NCBI GenBank assembly: GCA_028534125.1
Contig: CM052816.1
Coordinates: 57,290,001-57,354,000 of the forward strand
Direction of reading: 5' to 3'
DNA: 64,000 nucleotides
From: Lama glama
Lineage: Eukaryota
A program made the translations under genes and the position numbers. Under the pieces are notes generated by a model. The model saw only the letters and a program-made list of their open reading frames with translations. It was not told the origin of the DNA and did no database searches. Below are positions 41,990-56,441 of the stretch, one piece after another. Each line of letters begins with the position of its first letter. Position 1 is the stretch's first letter.

Positions 41990-44900
41990 TAGTAAATTGA
42001 TACAAAAACCTTCCAAATGAGAAAATAAGAAAAAGTTGGAGGGGTGGGGAGTATGACTAAAAGGCATCAGAGAACTAAAGAGGGAGTTAAGAATCAGCAG
42101 GCCAAGATCTAAGAGAAGGATATCCACAGAAGAGTCAGATATGTAGGGCAGCTTTCCCTTGGGAGCATCAAGAAGATGCAACTGAGACTGACAAGTGAAG
42201 CAGAGCCTCACAAGGTAAGGAAACAAAACCAGTTTCAGACTAGTCAAAGGGTGTAAAAGTTTAAGCCCTTTAAATTAAGACTTGAAGAGTAAGGATATAA
42301 GGAGTTAAAGATGAACCATAAGTAGGCAAGCTCTCAAAGGGACTGCAAATTATATCTCTTCAAACCATGATACTAGATCCCATATGGATGTCTTATATCC
42401 ATTCATAAAACCACCAGGCACATTGTGGTTACCAGGGGGGTAGAGGGTGGGAAGGGATAGACTGGGATTTCAAAATTGTAGAATAGATAAACAAGATTAC
42501 ACTGTATAGCACAGGGAAATATACACAAAATGTTATGATAAATCACAGAGAAAAAAATGTGACAATGAGTGTGTATATGTCCATGAATGACTGAAAAATT
42601 GTGCTGAACGCTGGAATTTGACACAACATTGTAAAATGATTATAAATCAATAAAAAATGTTAAAAAAAAAAACCAAAAAACTTTTACAAAAAAAAAAAAA
42701 AACCACCAGGCACATAAGGAAACAAGACAAGATAAACAAAGCAGAAACAAATTAACAATGTTTCAAATGCTGAGATTATAAAAGCTTAGACTTTATGAGT
42801 TTATGTATTACGTTCAAGGAGACAGTGTATTAAATCAGGAATTTCACTAGAGAACTAGAAATCATTTTTTAAAGGTGGGGGAAAGAACAGCAAATTTGAA
42901 AAAAATACAAATACTATACCTGAAAAATAAAATAACCAAAATTAGTATCTCAATGGATGATGTTTACGGATTCAATACACTGCAGTGAAAAGTAGTAAAT
43001 TACAGAGAGGTAAGAAGACTCTATTCTGGAAAGAAGCTCAGAGAAACAAAAGAACAGAAAACAGAGAAGAGAAATAAAAGACAAAGGATAAAGAAAAAAA
43101 ACCTAACCAATGAGTAAAGAAAATAAGAATGGGTCAGAAAAAATATTTGCAGAGATAACAATGGACAGTTTTCCAAAACTGACAAAAGATATCAATCAAA
43201 CCACAGGTCCAAGTAGCCCCCCAAATCCTACAAGGATAAATAAAAAGATACCTACACCTAGTCACATCATAGTAAAACTGCTAAAAGTCAAAAACAAAAT
43301 CTTAAAAGCAGCTAAACCCTTCCTACCACCAAATGTTGCCTTCAAAGGAACACTAATTAGACTGACAGGTAACATCTCAACAGTAGATAATGGAATGATC
43401 TTCAAAGAATTTTTTTAATCTAGTAAAACACAAAAGTATAAAACTCCTAGAAAATAATATAGGAGAAAATTTAGATGACTTTAGGTACGGATGTCTTTTT
43501 AGATACAACACTATAAACATGATCTATGAAAGAAATCATTGATAAGCCTGACTTCACTGAAATTAAAAACTGCTCTGTGAAAGATGATGTCAAGAAAATA
43601 CAAGGACAAGCCACAAACTGAGAGAAACTATTTGCAAAAGACACGTGAGAAAAACAACTTTTATCCCATATACACAAAGAACTCTTAAAACTCAACAATA
43701 AGAAAACAAACGTGATTTTAAAAAGGGCCAAATCTTAAAGAATTAAATATAAGACATGACACCATATAACTCCTAGAAAAGAAAACAGGCAAATGTTTTC
43801 TGACACAAATTGCAGCAACATTTTCTTTTCTTAGGTCAGTCTCCCAAGGCAAAAGAAATAAAAGCAAAAAAATTTTTTTAAATGGGACCTAATCTAACTT
43901 ACAAGCTTTTGCACAGCAAAGGAAATCATAAACAAAATGAAAGGACATCTTACAGAATGGGAGAAAATATTTGCAAATGATTCGACTGACAAGGGATTAA
44001 TTTCCAAAATATACAAACAGATCATACAGTTCAGTATCAAAAAAACAAACAATCCAATCCAAAAATGGGCAGAAGATCTAACAGACATTTCTCCAAAGAA
44101 GACATACTGATGGCCAAAATTTTCTGAGTAGTCCTCCAACTATTAAAGAAATTAAATATGTGATTTAAAACCTTCCTACAAAGACAATTTCAAGCCCAGA
44201 TGGCTTTACCAGCAAATTTATAAAACACGTAAGAAACTATAATCTCCCACAAAATTTTCCAGAGAATGCAAAAATAGAGTATAATCCCAAGCTCATTTTA
44301 TAAGTCAAGCAAACCTTGATATCAAACCTAAGAATATTTAGAGAAAGGAAATTTTCAGGCCAATCTCATTCATAAATATAGATGCAAAAATACTAACTAA
44401 AATAGCAGCTAACTGATCTACTAATACGTGAAAATGAAAATACATCTCCACCAAGTTTGGTTTATACCAGGAATGGGAAGTTAGCTTAACATTCGAAATT
44501 CAACGTAATTCAGATTAACAAGTGGGAAAAAAAAAAAAAGAAAAACACAGCATCTCAATAGATGCAGGAAAAGTATCTGACCAAATTCAATATCCATTTA
44601 TGATTTTTTAAAAAAGGAAAACAAAAGTCTTACCAAAATAGTATGTAAAAAAGAATTTCCATAATCTGATAAATAGTTGGGGATAAAAACTAGAATAATA
44701 TATTTGAGAATGAAATGTGAGACTGGAAACAAGACAAGGATGCCTGCCATCGTCATTTCTATTCAGCATTACACTGGAGGTACAAGCCAATGCAGTAAGT
44801 CAAGAAAAAGAAATAAAAGGTATAAGGATTGAAAAGGGAGAGATAAAACTGTCCTTTGCATAAGATGATTATAAACACAGAAAACCTAAAAGAATCTACA

Positions 44901-46050
44901 GATAAACTAACAGAATAAACAAGAACTGCCACGCTGCTGGACAGTAAGTGAATGTATAAAAGTCAAGGGCATTTATATAAATTTGTAACACATAACTGAC
45001 AAACTGTTTTTACCTAGAATATATAAAGAATTCCTTCAATTTATTTTTTAAAAGGAAGGAAAAAAATGCAAAAGATGAACAGGTACTTCATAAAAGAGAA
45101 GATGCAAATGGTCAGTAAACATATAAAAGGATGTTCAATTTCATTATGCATCAGAGAATGCAAATTAAAGCTAGAATGAGACACAACCACTTATCAGACT
45201 TGCTCAAATTAAAGGACTGACAAAAACCATGTGTTGTGAGGACATGGAGCAACTGGAACTCTCCAACAAGGTTACTGCTTGTGTAAACTGGTATAATCAC
45301 CTTGGAAAATTCTTTGGCATTAGCTACTAGAGTTGAACATACACACACTCTAAGACCTGGCAATTCTACTCCAGGGTAAATACCTAATATGAATATGTGT
45401 ATGTGTGTACTGAGACACATATGCAAGAATACTCAAGGCAATATTACTTGTAATAGCAAAAGCTGGAAGCATCCCGAATGTCCAACAGTAGTAAACACAT
45501 TTGATATATTTAAATAATGTAGTATTAAACAGCACTGTAAATAAATTATACTAAACTTAATACAAAAGGATCTCTCAACAGTGCTGAGTTACAGGAGTCA
45601 GACAAAAATACCTACCATGTGATTAAACTGATATACTTAATACAAGTTCAAAAAATAGGTACAACTAACTTCCACTGACAGATGAATAAACAAATTACAG
45701 TATATCCATAAATGGAATACTGTTCAATAGCAAAAAGGAAGCAATTACTGACATATGCAACAACATGGATAAATCTCAAAAACATTATATTTAGTGAAAG
45801 CACCAGACAACTATATAATTTCATTTATATAGAATTCTAGAAAATGTGAACTAACTTAAGTGTCAAAAGCAAATGAGTGGCTGCTAATGACGAGGGGAGG
45901 GACATTAGAAATTACAAAGGACTTAATAAGTATGTTCACTTTCTTGATTGTGGTGATGGTTTCACAAGTGTACGCATATGTCAAAATGTATCAAATTGTA
46001 TACTTTAAATACATGAAGTATGTTGTGTCCCAATTATACTCAAAAAAGCT
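41990..46050 (+). mobile_element. Patchwork of old L1 (L1MC/ME-like) pieces including decayed ORF1 and ORF2
   Basis: ORF1-like GSEKIFAEIT...PTPSHIIVKLLK; ORF2 pieces at 43430-44120 and 44170-44900; 3' UTR ttgattgtggtgatggtttcacaagtgta. Confidence 0.75.
42424..42698 (+). mobile_element. Young 5'-truncated L1 3' end with a 17-bp TSD
   Basis: Perfect TSD aaaaccaccaggcacat at 42407-42423 and 42699-42715; AATAAA and poly(A). Confidence 0.92.
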
Positions 46051-46271
46051 TTTGGAAGGAAAGGAGGAAGGAAGGAAGCAAGGGAGGAAGAGAGGAAAGA
46101 AAGGAGCAAAGGAGAAAGGAAAGGAACATAGAAGTAGTGAGAAGATGAGGGGATAAGAGAAAGAAAATCTGAATGACTAACTTATGAAGTTATTTAACCT
46201 TTCTGGGCCCTAATTTTCTTATCTATAAAATGAAAGTTAGACTTTTGACAATTAAATGAGATAATTTATGA

Positions 46272-47165
46272 CCCAGGAATCCCACTCCTGGGCTTGTACC
46301 CAGAAGGAAATCTACTTCAGGACGACACCTGCACCCCAATGTTCATAGCAGCACTATTTACAATAGCCAAAACATGGAAACAACCTAAATGTCCATCAAC
46401 AGGTGACTGGATAAAGAAGATGTGGTATATTTATACAATGGAATACTACTCAGCCATAAAAACCGNNNNNNNNNNNNNNNNNNNNNNNNNNNNNNNNNNN
46501 NNNNNNNNNNNNNNNNNNNNNNNNNNNNNNNNNNNNNNNNNNNNNNNNNNNNNNNNNNNNNNNNNNNNNNNNNNNNNNNNNNNNNNNNNNNNNNNNNNNN
46601 NNNNNNNNNNNNNNNNNNNNNNNNNNNNNNNNNNNNNNNNNNNNNNNNNNNNNNNNNNNNNNNNNNNNNNNNNNNNNNNNNNNNNNNNNNNNNNNNNNNN
46701 NNNNNNNNNNNNNNNNNNNNNNNNNNNNNNNNNNNNNNNNNNNNNNNNNNNNNNNNNNNNNNNNNNNNNNNNNNNNNNNNNNNNNNNNNNNNNNNNNNNN
46801 NNNNNNNNNNNNNNNNNNNNNNNNNNNNNNNNNNNNNNNNNNNNNNNNNNNNNNNNNNNNNNNNNNNNNNNNNNNNNNNNNNNNNNNNNNNNNNNNNNNN
46901 NNNNNNNNNNNNNNNNNNNNNNNNNNNNNNNNNNNNNNNNNNNNNNNNNNNNNNNNNNNNNNNNNCAAAATTGTAGAATAGATAAACAAGATTACACTGT
47001 ATAGCACAGGGAAATATACACAAAATGTTATGATAAATCACAGAGAAAAAAATGTGACAATGAGTGTGTATATGTCCATGAATGACTGAAAAATTGTGCT
47101 GAACACTGGAATTTGACACAACACTGTAAAATGATTATGAATCAATAAAAAATGTTAAAAAAAAC
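46272..47165 (+). mobile_element. Young 5'-truncated L1 inserted into a MIR, spanning the assembly gap
   Basis: TSD gagataatttatga at 46258-46271 and 47166-47179; 3' end nearly identical to 42470-42670. Confidence 0.9.
46466..46965. other. Assembly gap (500 N)
   Basis: Run of N. Confidence 1.
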
Positions 47166-49215
47166 GAGATAATTTATGAAAAGTCCTTAGTGCATAGTAT
47201 ATGTTTATGTGTCTATCTTATCTTTTCTTTCTTCTTCACTCTTCAAGAAATATGAGTATCCACTTATGCCAGGCTCTGTGCTAGGCACTGCGATACAACA
47301 GAACACTGTATATTGTTCCCCTTATAGGGGAACATAGAAACAAATAGCAAAAATGAATAATTACAACATTTTATAAATACTACAAAGAGATATATGATGT
47401 TGAGAGACATTATAACAGATGAGTGTGACCTGGTCAGAGAGATTAAGAAAGGAATCCCTGGAGAAGTGACCACATTGCTAACCTCTAAATAATAAGTAGG
47501 CATTAACTAGATAAAAATAGGAATAAGCATGTACAGAATCTGGACTGAAAAAAAGCCTGTCAATAAAATAGCCAATCTCTAAGGAGAGGAAAAAGGAGTC
47601 AGAATAAGGAGGAATCTGATGTGAGCTAAAGCCTGAGGCAATTTGAGGTCAGATCAAGCAGGCCTATCTTAAGAGCAAGGGGAAGTCTTTAAAATGGTTT
47701 AAACAAGGAAGAGTAGCAAACTAATCTGTCATTTGGGGGGAAAAAACACTCCAATTACAGTACAGAGAATGTACGTAAAGGTCAGTTAGGAACTATTGCT
47801 GCAGTCCAGGCAACAATTATGGTAGCTTGGATCAGGACAGTGAAGTTAGAAATTCGTTCTATCAAAACGTCTTTACTGAGAGCCTACTAAGGGCCAAGCA
47901 CTATCTCAAGTGCAGGAGAAAGAACAACAAGCAAAGACAAAAAAAAAAAAAAATCCCTGCCCTTGTGGAGTTTATATCCTAGTGAGGAGACAGATAAACA
48001 AATAAAAAAGCAAAATATCACTTATATCAGATGATTGTTAAGTGCTATGAAGAAAAATAAAGTAAAGAAGGGGGAGTGGAAGGAGGTGTCTCACTACCCA
48101 CAGAATCATAAAGGGATTAGATACTGGGCAAAGAAGGGATGACCCAGAAGTCCTGGACTTCTTATAGTAACTGACATAAATAGGGTTAAAAGGCATAATG
48201 ACAATTGCCCTGTTGGTCTCAAGATAGATAATTATAGTAGTGATATAAATATTCAGGGAGAAGGAGACCAGGGGACGTGCTAGGAGATACAGAGTTCCAG
48301 AGCCTCTCATTTACTCTTTCCAGTGATGATGTGGAAGGCTGAGGGATAGCTTTAACCACAGCAATAGAGCTTATGGATCCCTTTTAACTCCAGTGGGAAG
48401 GTGGAAGCCAGAAGAGGACTAATCTAACACAGAATAGTTTGTTTCCCAATTTCTACCAGTTAAAAAACTCCATGAAGGCAGACGCTAGATCTTTACCATC
48501 ATATTCCCAGAATCCAGACAAGTGCCTGGCACACAGCAGACATGGAATATATACTGCTTAAAGAATGAATGGAGTATTGATTGTATATAAAGGCAAAGTA
48601 TTCCTATTATCAAGGTAAAGATTTTAAATATGTTCACATAAAAATTACCAAGTGGGGCCAGCCACAAAATTGCTTTAATCAAATCAAATTGTACTGATTT
48701 TTGACAGTTTTTAATTGACTATTATATTCTAAGAGTCTTAAAAAAATTGTTTTATAAATTAGCAGAATTTAAAAACATATACTTCGGACTTTTTAAAAAT
48801 AAAAGTTATAATAATATATAATTGAACTACAAGTTCAGAAAACTTAGTCTTTTCAAATTATTTTAGTATGATTGCTTAAAAATATACTTGTTTAAAAGAA
48901 GATAATATTTTATCCTAAAAAATTCCTCAGTTTTTCTATTATATCACCTTGCTAACACATTAAAAGAAAAATATATAGATAATATGTTCAGATGTTAAAC
49001 TGAAAGCCAGGAGTTTATCAAATGCCCCTGAAAGCCACTATTCAGCCCTCAGTGTGTAAATGACAGACACCACTAATTTAAAACATAACTACAGTACACT
49101 TTTTTAAAGTGTACTTGATTATTTTTATCCATATCCAACTAAAATTTTCTCAGTTATTTATATTCTGAAATGTATCTTAACAATGAATTGTTAAATGACA
49201 TTAAAAAATACATAC

Positions 49216-49307
49216 CTTTCTCTTACAAAATCTGCTAGTTCTTTTGTCGATATCTGTCCATATTTCATATTATGGTAAAGGACATCAAAGCCAGTATTTT
49301 TTTCCCC
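49216..49307 (-). CDS. FCHO2: FCHO2 exon 2 ([31 protein letters not shown])
   Basis: ttttag|GGG acceptor, AAG|gtatgt donor, 92 nt, phase 0 to 2. Confidence 0.96.
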
Positions 49308-49968
49308 CTAAAATTTAAACAGATTCTTACTTTAACAAAAAGAGATCAAAATAATTTAGGAATAACTGACATGCAATTCTAATGTTCAAGTAAGCTGTTT
49401 TCCCTCAATTTAACCATTGTTGCTCATTGTTTAAACTGTATTAAAGGAATACTATATGCTTTAAAAAAGTTTACAATTTATTATACACATATGCACACAG
49501 CACACACATGTATACACTCTAGAATCACTCATAAGTAGATTATTAAAGAAATCATCTGAAATTTTAAGAAATAAGCAGAGCATAGTTTAGAGAAGATAAA
49601 CATGGATCTTTTAAAATGCATGACCAAATTCCATGTTAATTCCTTCAACCTGCATTGAGAGATTCTTGATTATTTAACTCTGAGTCTGTACTTTAAAATA
49701 AAAGCATGTTACTAATCACATAATCACTGAATACCACAAAATACTTTATAATCAGTAATATAAGTCTTTCAGTAAACTTAACTTGAGATGTGAAAAAGGA
49801 GATAAAGTTTTAACAGAAGAACAGTAATGATCTATTGGCTAGTCCTCAACTAATGAGTAATTAACAAACCAGACTACTACACAATCCTAGAAAATCTTTC
49901 AATTTAATCCAATAAAAGCTAAGTTAGCAAGTCGTAGCAAAGAAAACATTAGAAATATCCATTTTAGT

Positions 49969-50064
49969 GGGTTGAGAATAGCTCAGTAGTAGAGTGCATG
50001 CTTAGGATACATAAGGTCCTGGGTTCAATTCCCAGCACCTCTGTTAAAAAAAAGAAAGAAAGAA
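49969..50064 (+). mobile_element. tRNA-derived SINE (Vic-1-like)
   Basis: atagctcagtagtagagtgcatgcttag...aggtcctgggttcaattcccagcacc; TSD agaaatatc(c/a)atttt. Confidence 0.82.
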
Positions 50065-51656
50065 AGAAATATCAATTTTATAGGTGAAATGAAAGACCAT
50101 AAACTAAGCTCAGCAACTCTCTTTACAGTTAGCAGTTTTTCTTTCTTTTCAGTGAAAATAATGAAGAACTGAATATATTCATTGGAAATAGAAAGAAATG
50201 CCGTAAGCATTATGCAATCTGAAACTTAATTTTTCCACAGTTTGCCAAAAACAGGAAACATATTATAGGAACTTCCGGTTATGCTGAAGTGATACTTAAT
50301 AAACGTGTCAGCTAATACAGAAAGTACTTAGATTGTTACACATACAACAAATTAAAACATCAGATTTGTAATGAGATAACATAAATAACATGCTTAGCAT
50401 TTTCAACATCCATTTCATAAATCAAGAATATAAAACTATAGTCTCTTATAAATCCAAACACATCATTGAGCTTCTACAATTGTTCACGTTAAAGATAAAG
50501 AAAAAAATTATGATCTAACTTTAGTTCTTTACTTTCTCTGGTTTTTTCACGCACATTTATTTTAGCCAAAATAATATTCTTGAAGTAACCATTACCAATA
50601 GCCTATCATAAGCAAAATTAACATCATCATGCAGATTAGTAAATAAAATAACAGATAAAATAATCAAGGGCCTGAATCCTCCAAGGAATTCATTCAAATA
50701 CTTGAATATAATACAGAAACTATGCATGATTAAACTACCCACCAACTCCCATAACATAGTCATGAACCTTGAAAAAAACAAACCTGCAATCTAGGACCAT
50801 AAATTCCAAAGTATGGAGCTCTCAAGCCCCCAACTTCTCCCCTGACACCTACTAGTTCTCATTTGCACATAACTCTTAACAAGTCAGGTTATTCAGGTTT
50901 CCAGTATGTGTTATGCATATTCATTATGCATATTCAAATTAGAAATGAGCTGGTAGTAAAGGGCCATTCAAACAGGCACAGACTATTAGAAGAAATAGTA
51001 ACTACAAGCCTTACAAGAGAAAGAGAAAAAACCTTTTTTTTTTCCTAAAGAAGACAAGAAAACTTAGAGATCATCTAGTAACCAGAGCAGTAAGGTCCTG
51101 AGCATTTTGTTTTACTGTTATAGTACTGTAAACATTAAGCAATCAAGAAAAGGTTATATTGTATTCAGAAATCTGAGTTGTTATTAAGAAGTCCTAGAAC
51201 TAAGTTCTTTATTTGGGAAATTCAAATATGCAAGCAGTACATTATGTAAAAGACCCAACAGAAGGAATAAGGTTTATTAATTTGCTTACCATTCAATATA
51301 ATAATATTACTACAGTGACAGTAATATAATATTCCTTAGGAAATAGTACTAGCTACCTATCTCTCAGGCCTTCACTTGGAAAGAAAAGGAAAACTCATCC
51401 TAATAAGGATGTGATACAGAAAAAGTCTGCTTCAAGAAACAGTAACGACTAAACATAAACACCCTGCATGATTACAAATCCATTTGTCATTTCTTCCTAC
51501 TGGATATTCATTCACTGAGTTCTAAAAATGTAATGAGTCTGACTGTAGACACTATGTTCTTAAACAATTTCACAAACCTATTAACACAAATATTTATTGA
51601 TCAGTAACTTTTTCTTTGGCACAAACTAAGCAAAAATTTTAATACTTCACATGGCA

Positions 51657-51710
51657 CTCTCTCTCTCTCCACACACACACAAACACAAACACATACACAT
51701 ACACACACAA
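51657..51710. repeat. (CT)n(CA)n microsatellite
   Basis: Seen directly. Confidence 0.85.
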
Positions 51711-52959
51711 ATAAATATACATGTATCTTAAAAAAAAAAACCTTCAAAGTCAAACCAAGAATCCAGGTTTTATTGTCACCTTGTCAAAAAGTTACTTTGT
51801 AGCTTTTGATAAGACAGTGTATTACATATGCATATATTTATATATATGTAAAAAATACAGTAGAAGACAATACTGGAGCTCAGTGTCTTCACCTGAACAA
51901 AACACTGGGAATTCTCGGGAAATGGAGAAAGATCACTCTTGAAACCGACAATCACAACTGATTATAATTGTCACCATATGAGATTACCCAGTTTTCTTTT
52001 TTAACTAAAAGTACCCTCATGCAGTTTCTATTAATTTTTTAGTAGCCATCAATGTTTTTAGTAGATGGTCCTAATTCGAAGAAAAGTAAAATAACAGGAA
52101 ATATTTCTGAATTGCATATCCATTTTATCACCCTAGACACTGAAGTGAATATGTTCCTATCATTTTCAATACAAAAATTTTTTTCTTGACATATTCTGAT
52201 AACTCAAGCAGGTAGAACTTGGTTTTTCTTGGCTAACTACAAATACACAAATGTACAAGTAACTCGACAACAGACTTTTATTATAAAATAGGATTACAAC
52301 TAAAGATGTTTCCTGGTCTTCAGTATTTTACTAAAACTGTAAATATCCATGCCCTTTGATCCAGCAATTCCACTTTTAGAAATCAACACCACAAAAACAC
52401 ATATACCCAGATAACTGTGGAACAGTATTCACTACAGTACTGTTTATAATTGTGAAAAAGGCAGAAACAACTCAAAAACATCCATTAACACTAATGGTTA
52501 AACAAATGACAATATATCTTACAATGAAATAAATATAGTGTTTTTTAACTGCAGTAAAAAAAAAACTGCAGTAGATTTTTAAGTATTAGTTTTTGTTAGT
52601 TATTAGAGTTAAAAGCTATCATGACAAGCAGCTTTAAAATGCAACTTTCTCCCAAGTATACAACCAACTGTAGATTAAAAAAATTTTTGATTATCAATGG
52701 CTAGTTTCTTTCCTTCTGCTCAAATTTTTATTCTTTTTTTAACAATTTGATTGAGATACAATTCACACCATACAATTTGCATATTTAAAGTGTGCAATGC
52801 AAAAAAATGTTAGGATATTTACAGAGCTGTGCCACCATCACAATTTTAGAACACAAAAAGAAACCCAAACTCAAATAGCTAGATTTTTAAGAGTAGGTAT
52901 CTACTCATCTGTGATGAGCTTATTTTCTGCTGGCTTATTCATTCGTTTAATCAACACTT

Positions 52960-53460
52960 AAGATAATACATATGTCCATAAAAAATTTTGTATACTAATA
53001 TTTATAGCAGCATTACTCATAACAAAAAGGTAGAAACAACACAAATGCCCATTAGCTAACCAATAGATAAACAATGTGATATACCCATGCACTGGAATAT
53101 TATTCAGCCATAAAAGGAATGAAGTATTAATATATGCTACTATATTGATGAACCTTGAAAACATTACACTAAGAAAAAGAAGCCAGTCATGAAAGACCAC
53201 ATACTATATGACTCCATTCATATTTAAGTTCAGAATAGGGATATCTATAAAAACAGATAGATTATGGGTTGCTTGAGGTGGGGTGGGGATGAGACAAGGG
53301 GTGATAAAAGGTTTCTTTTTGAGATAATGAAAATGTTTTAAAATTGACTAGGATGATAATCGCACATATCTGTGAACATTAGCAAAAACCACTGACCTGC
53401 AGAGTTTAAATCATGAACTATAAGGTACACAAAATATATTTCAATAAAGTTGTCAAAAAA
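52960..53460 (+). mobile_element. L1MB-like 3' end
   Basis: atgaaccttgaaaacattacactaag...agccagtca...gataatgaaaatgttttaaaattgac...tcaataaagttg. Confidence 0.8.
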
Positions 53461-56198
53461 GTTAAGTGAATAATATTTTGATCATTTTTAATAAATTCTA
53501 GCAGAGACATTTTCAGTATTAACTGACAGAAACAGGTGCTAACACCATTACTGGTCCAAAGAGGACAATTACAATGAAAGTTTACACTGAGGTTCTTTTC
53601 TCCATCCATCTCAATGCAAAGAGGTAGCATCTTCATACAAAGTCTTCTGATTGTGACCTGAGGCAAATAAAACCTTGCTGTAATCCAATATACAAAGGCA
53701 TAAAAATCTGTTTATAGTAATTCCTAATATGAAGAGGGAAAAAAAGTTTTATCAACTTTTGAATATTGAAAGTCCAGAATCATACAGGTCCTTTAAGAAA
53801 AGACAAACTTCTCAGTACCTATAGTTTCCTCTAACCACTGCAATTGAAATAAGATGACTGCAGTTAACAGCTTGATGTATACATATATCAGTTCAGATTC
53901 CTTTTTGCATACATGTTATTTTTAATATGAAAATGAGATCATGTCATGCATATTGTTTTACATCTAAATTATTAATTAAACTGAAATTTAGCTGAAAAGT
54001 AACTAAGTTGTAAGTAAGGTTACCAAGTCACTGAAAATGTTGGGTTTTTTTCTGGTGTAATACAGAGTCTACAAGTGAGATATCCTTGAAATTTCAAGTT
54101 AAAAGTTTTAAATAAGTCATCAAATCTATTTTGGCAACGCTTTTTCTGGCTGATCCTATAACTTAAGTTTATACTTAAAAAAATTTCCAATAGCTACAAA
54201 ATACAATCTAATATATTTCCACTTGAAGAAAAAAATGCACGCCTCTACTAATAATGGTATGAAATTTCAACAAAAATGGAATTGTTAATATGTCTGGGTT
54301 TTTAAGAGCCACAAAAAGGAATAGTGGAAAAGCACAAAGCTATAAATCCCATATATTTTAATTAATGCTTTGAAACTTCTCCTTCAAAGAACCTTTTAAG
54401 AGCAACAGTAAATTAAACACTAAAATATAAAAACTGGAAATTCTTCACTTTTGACAAGTCAAAGAGCTGGAAAATAGGCAAAGATTAAGAGTATACTATA
54501 TAATCGGGCTACTAATTTAAAAGTTGACTTCACATAGTTTCCTTTTTAAGTTAAAAAAAAAAAAAAAGAAATTTTGGAAAGGGAAGAGAAGGGTTAGGAG
54601 ATACTGTCATGTGAACAGCAATAATATGCCTAACCTGCCACTCAACTCAAAATTACCTCAAAAATAAATAAATAAATATCATCACTTCTTACCTCTCTAC
54701 ATTCTCCTTTAACTCTATTTTTTCTGACATTTATTAGACAACCTCAAACAAGTCATTGCAAAATATAGCATTAACATGTGCTTGATATAGTCTCATTTTA
54801 TCCTGCCTTCTCTGTAAACACGAAACATTTAACTAGTTCTGAACATTTTTTTTTTTGCTCTGAAGAATAGCCCCTCTAGTGAAGACTCTTCTAGATACTT
54901 TTTATATGAATTGAATATGCAACAATAGCCCTCCAGTGCCATTTTTGCCTTGAAAACTGTGAAGAAAAGAGTAAAATAAATGCACACTTTTTCTATATGT
55001 AAACAGGACATTCAACCACAAGTTATAATCTCTTCTAATAAATGTTCTGTTTATATATTAAACTCATATTAAACTTCTCACACAAGATCACTAAAACTAT
55101 TCTGCAGAGCTCTTGGCAAGATACTGCTAAAGCAGAAAACACTGATTAAAATGTATAATGAGCACACTCAGCAGTCAGAACCACTTGGTGCCGGTTCAAG
55201 TTACTCAAACACATTTGTTGACTGAAGGAAAAAAATCTTACTACTTTACAAAAATTACGTTCTCACCCCTCAAATACTTCTCCTTAATCTTTTAAATTAT
55301 AACTCAGTTCCTCCAGTTAGTTAAGTCCTTCAAGCCATCTAAAAAGATCAACAAACACAGCAGAAGCAGTTTTGAGCTATTTTTTTTTGTCACTGTTATA
55401 CTTTTCAAACTTTCTGTAATATTCTGTAAATGTATGTTGTTTCCATTATTTTCAAAAACAAACCCCAACAATTTCAGCTTTCTCAAAAACTTTTCAGTCT
55501 GCTTGGAAAGACACAAAGCTACTTTCTTAATCTGGCACTGTGTTCACATACTTAAATCACCAGTCCTCATAATTCGTAAATGGAAAAAGCAAAAACAAAA
55601 ATTGGAACTAACCTAAATATCCAAAAGGAGAATGTTAAAAAGAATTACATCTTAGCCATTCCATGGAAACCTATACAGTCACTGAAAATATTTTCAAAGA
55701 ATACTTAACCACATGAGAAAAATGCTTGATATTAGTATCATTTGAAAATACCAAAATACTGAACTACATAGAAAACCTGTTTTGAATTTTATATTTCTAA
55801 AGAAAATCTTAGAGGACAGTGAGAAAGGCTATAGATAATTTTTATTTTCTTATATGTTTCAACCAGCACATAATAATGGTTATAATTAAAAAGGAAAAAC
55901 ACCTTCATGGGCTGTTGTTTCAACCAAAAACTAACACTTCTTAATTAAGGCCCCAACCACCAATTTGCTTTACTTACCCTGTACCTTCCTATCTTTTTCC
56001 TGAAGTCAAGCAAAGATGCTTGTCATATATTGCAAAACTTATACTCCTGCATTTTCATCAAGGAGCATGTGCCTAATGGAACTGATGGAATTGTGTGCCT
56101 CAGCTTCATCACACAGTTCACTAATCACTTCCCAATTTAATGCTCTCTGCCTCTGGCCATTCCAGCAACATTCCTTAGCCTCTTTACCAACAGATATA

Positions 56199-56441
56199 CA
56201 GTTCACCCCGTGTACAACACAGGTTTGAACTGCACAAGTCCACTTACACGTGGCTTTTTTCAATAGTAAATACTACAGCACTTACATGACCACAGGTTAG
56301 TTGAATCCGTGGATGCAGTATTGCCATTACAGAGGAACCACAGATGGGGAGGGCCAACTATAAAAACTACAAGTCATATCCTGATTTTCAACTGTGCAGG
56401 GGTTAGCACCCCGAAACCCCACACTGTTCAGAGGTCAACTG
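56199..56441. mobile_element. MER8-like TcMar-Tigger MITE
   Basis: TIRs cagttcaccc / gaggtcaactg with TA flanks; internal ggtttgaactgcacaagtccactta. Confidence 0.85.

Noticed and set aside
46294..47119. Long ORFs containing X runs
   Set aside because: Artefacts of the 500-N gap.
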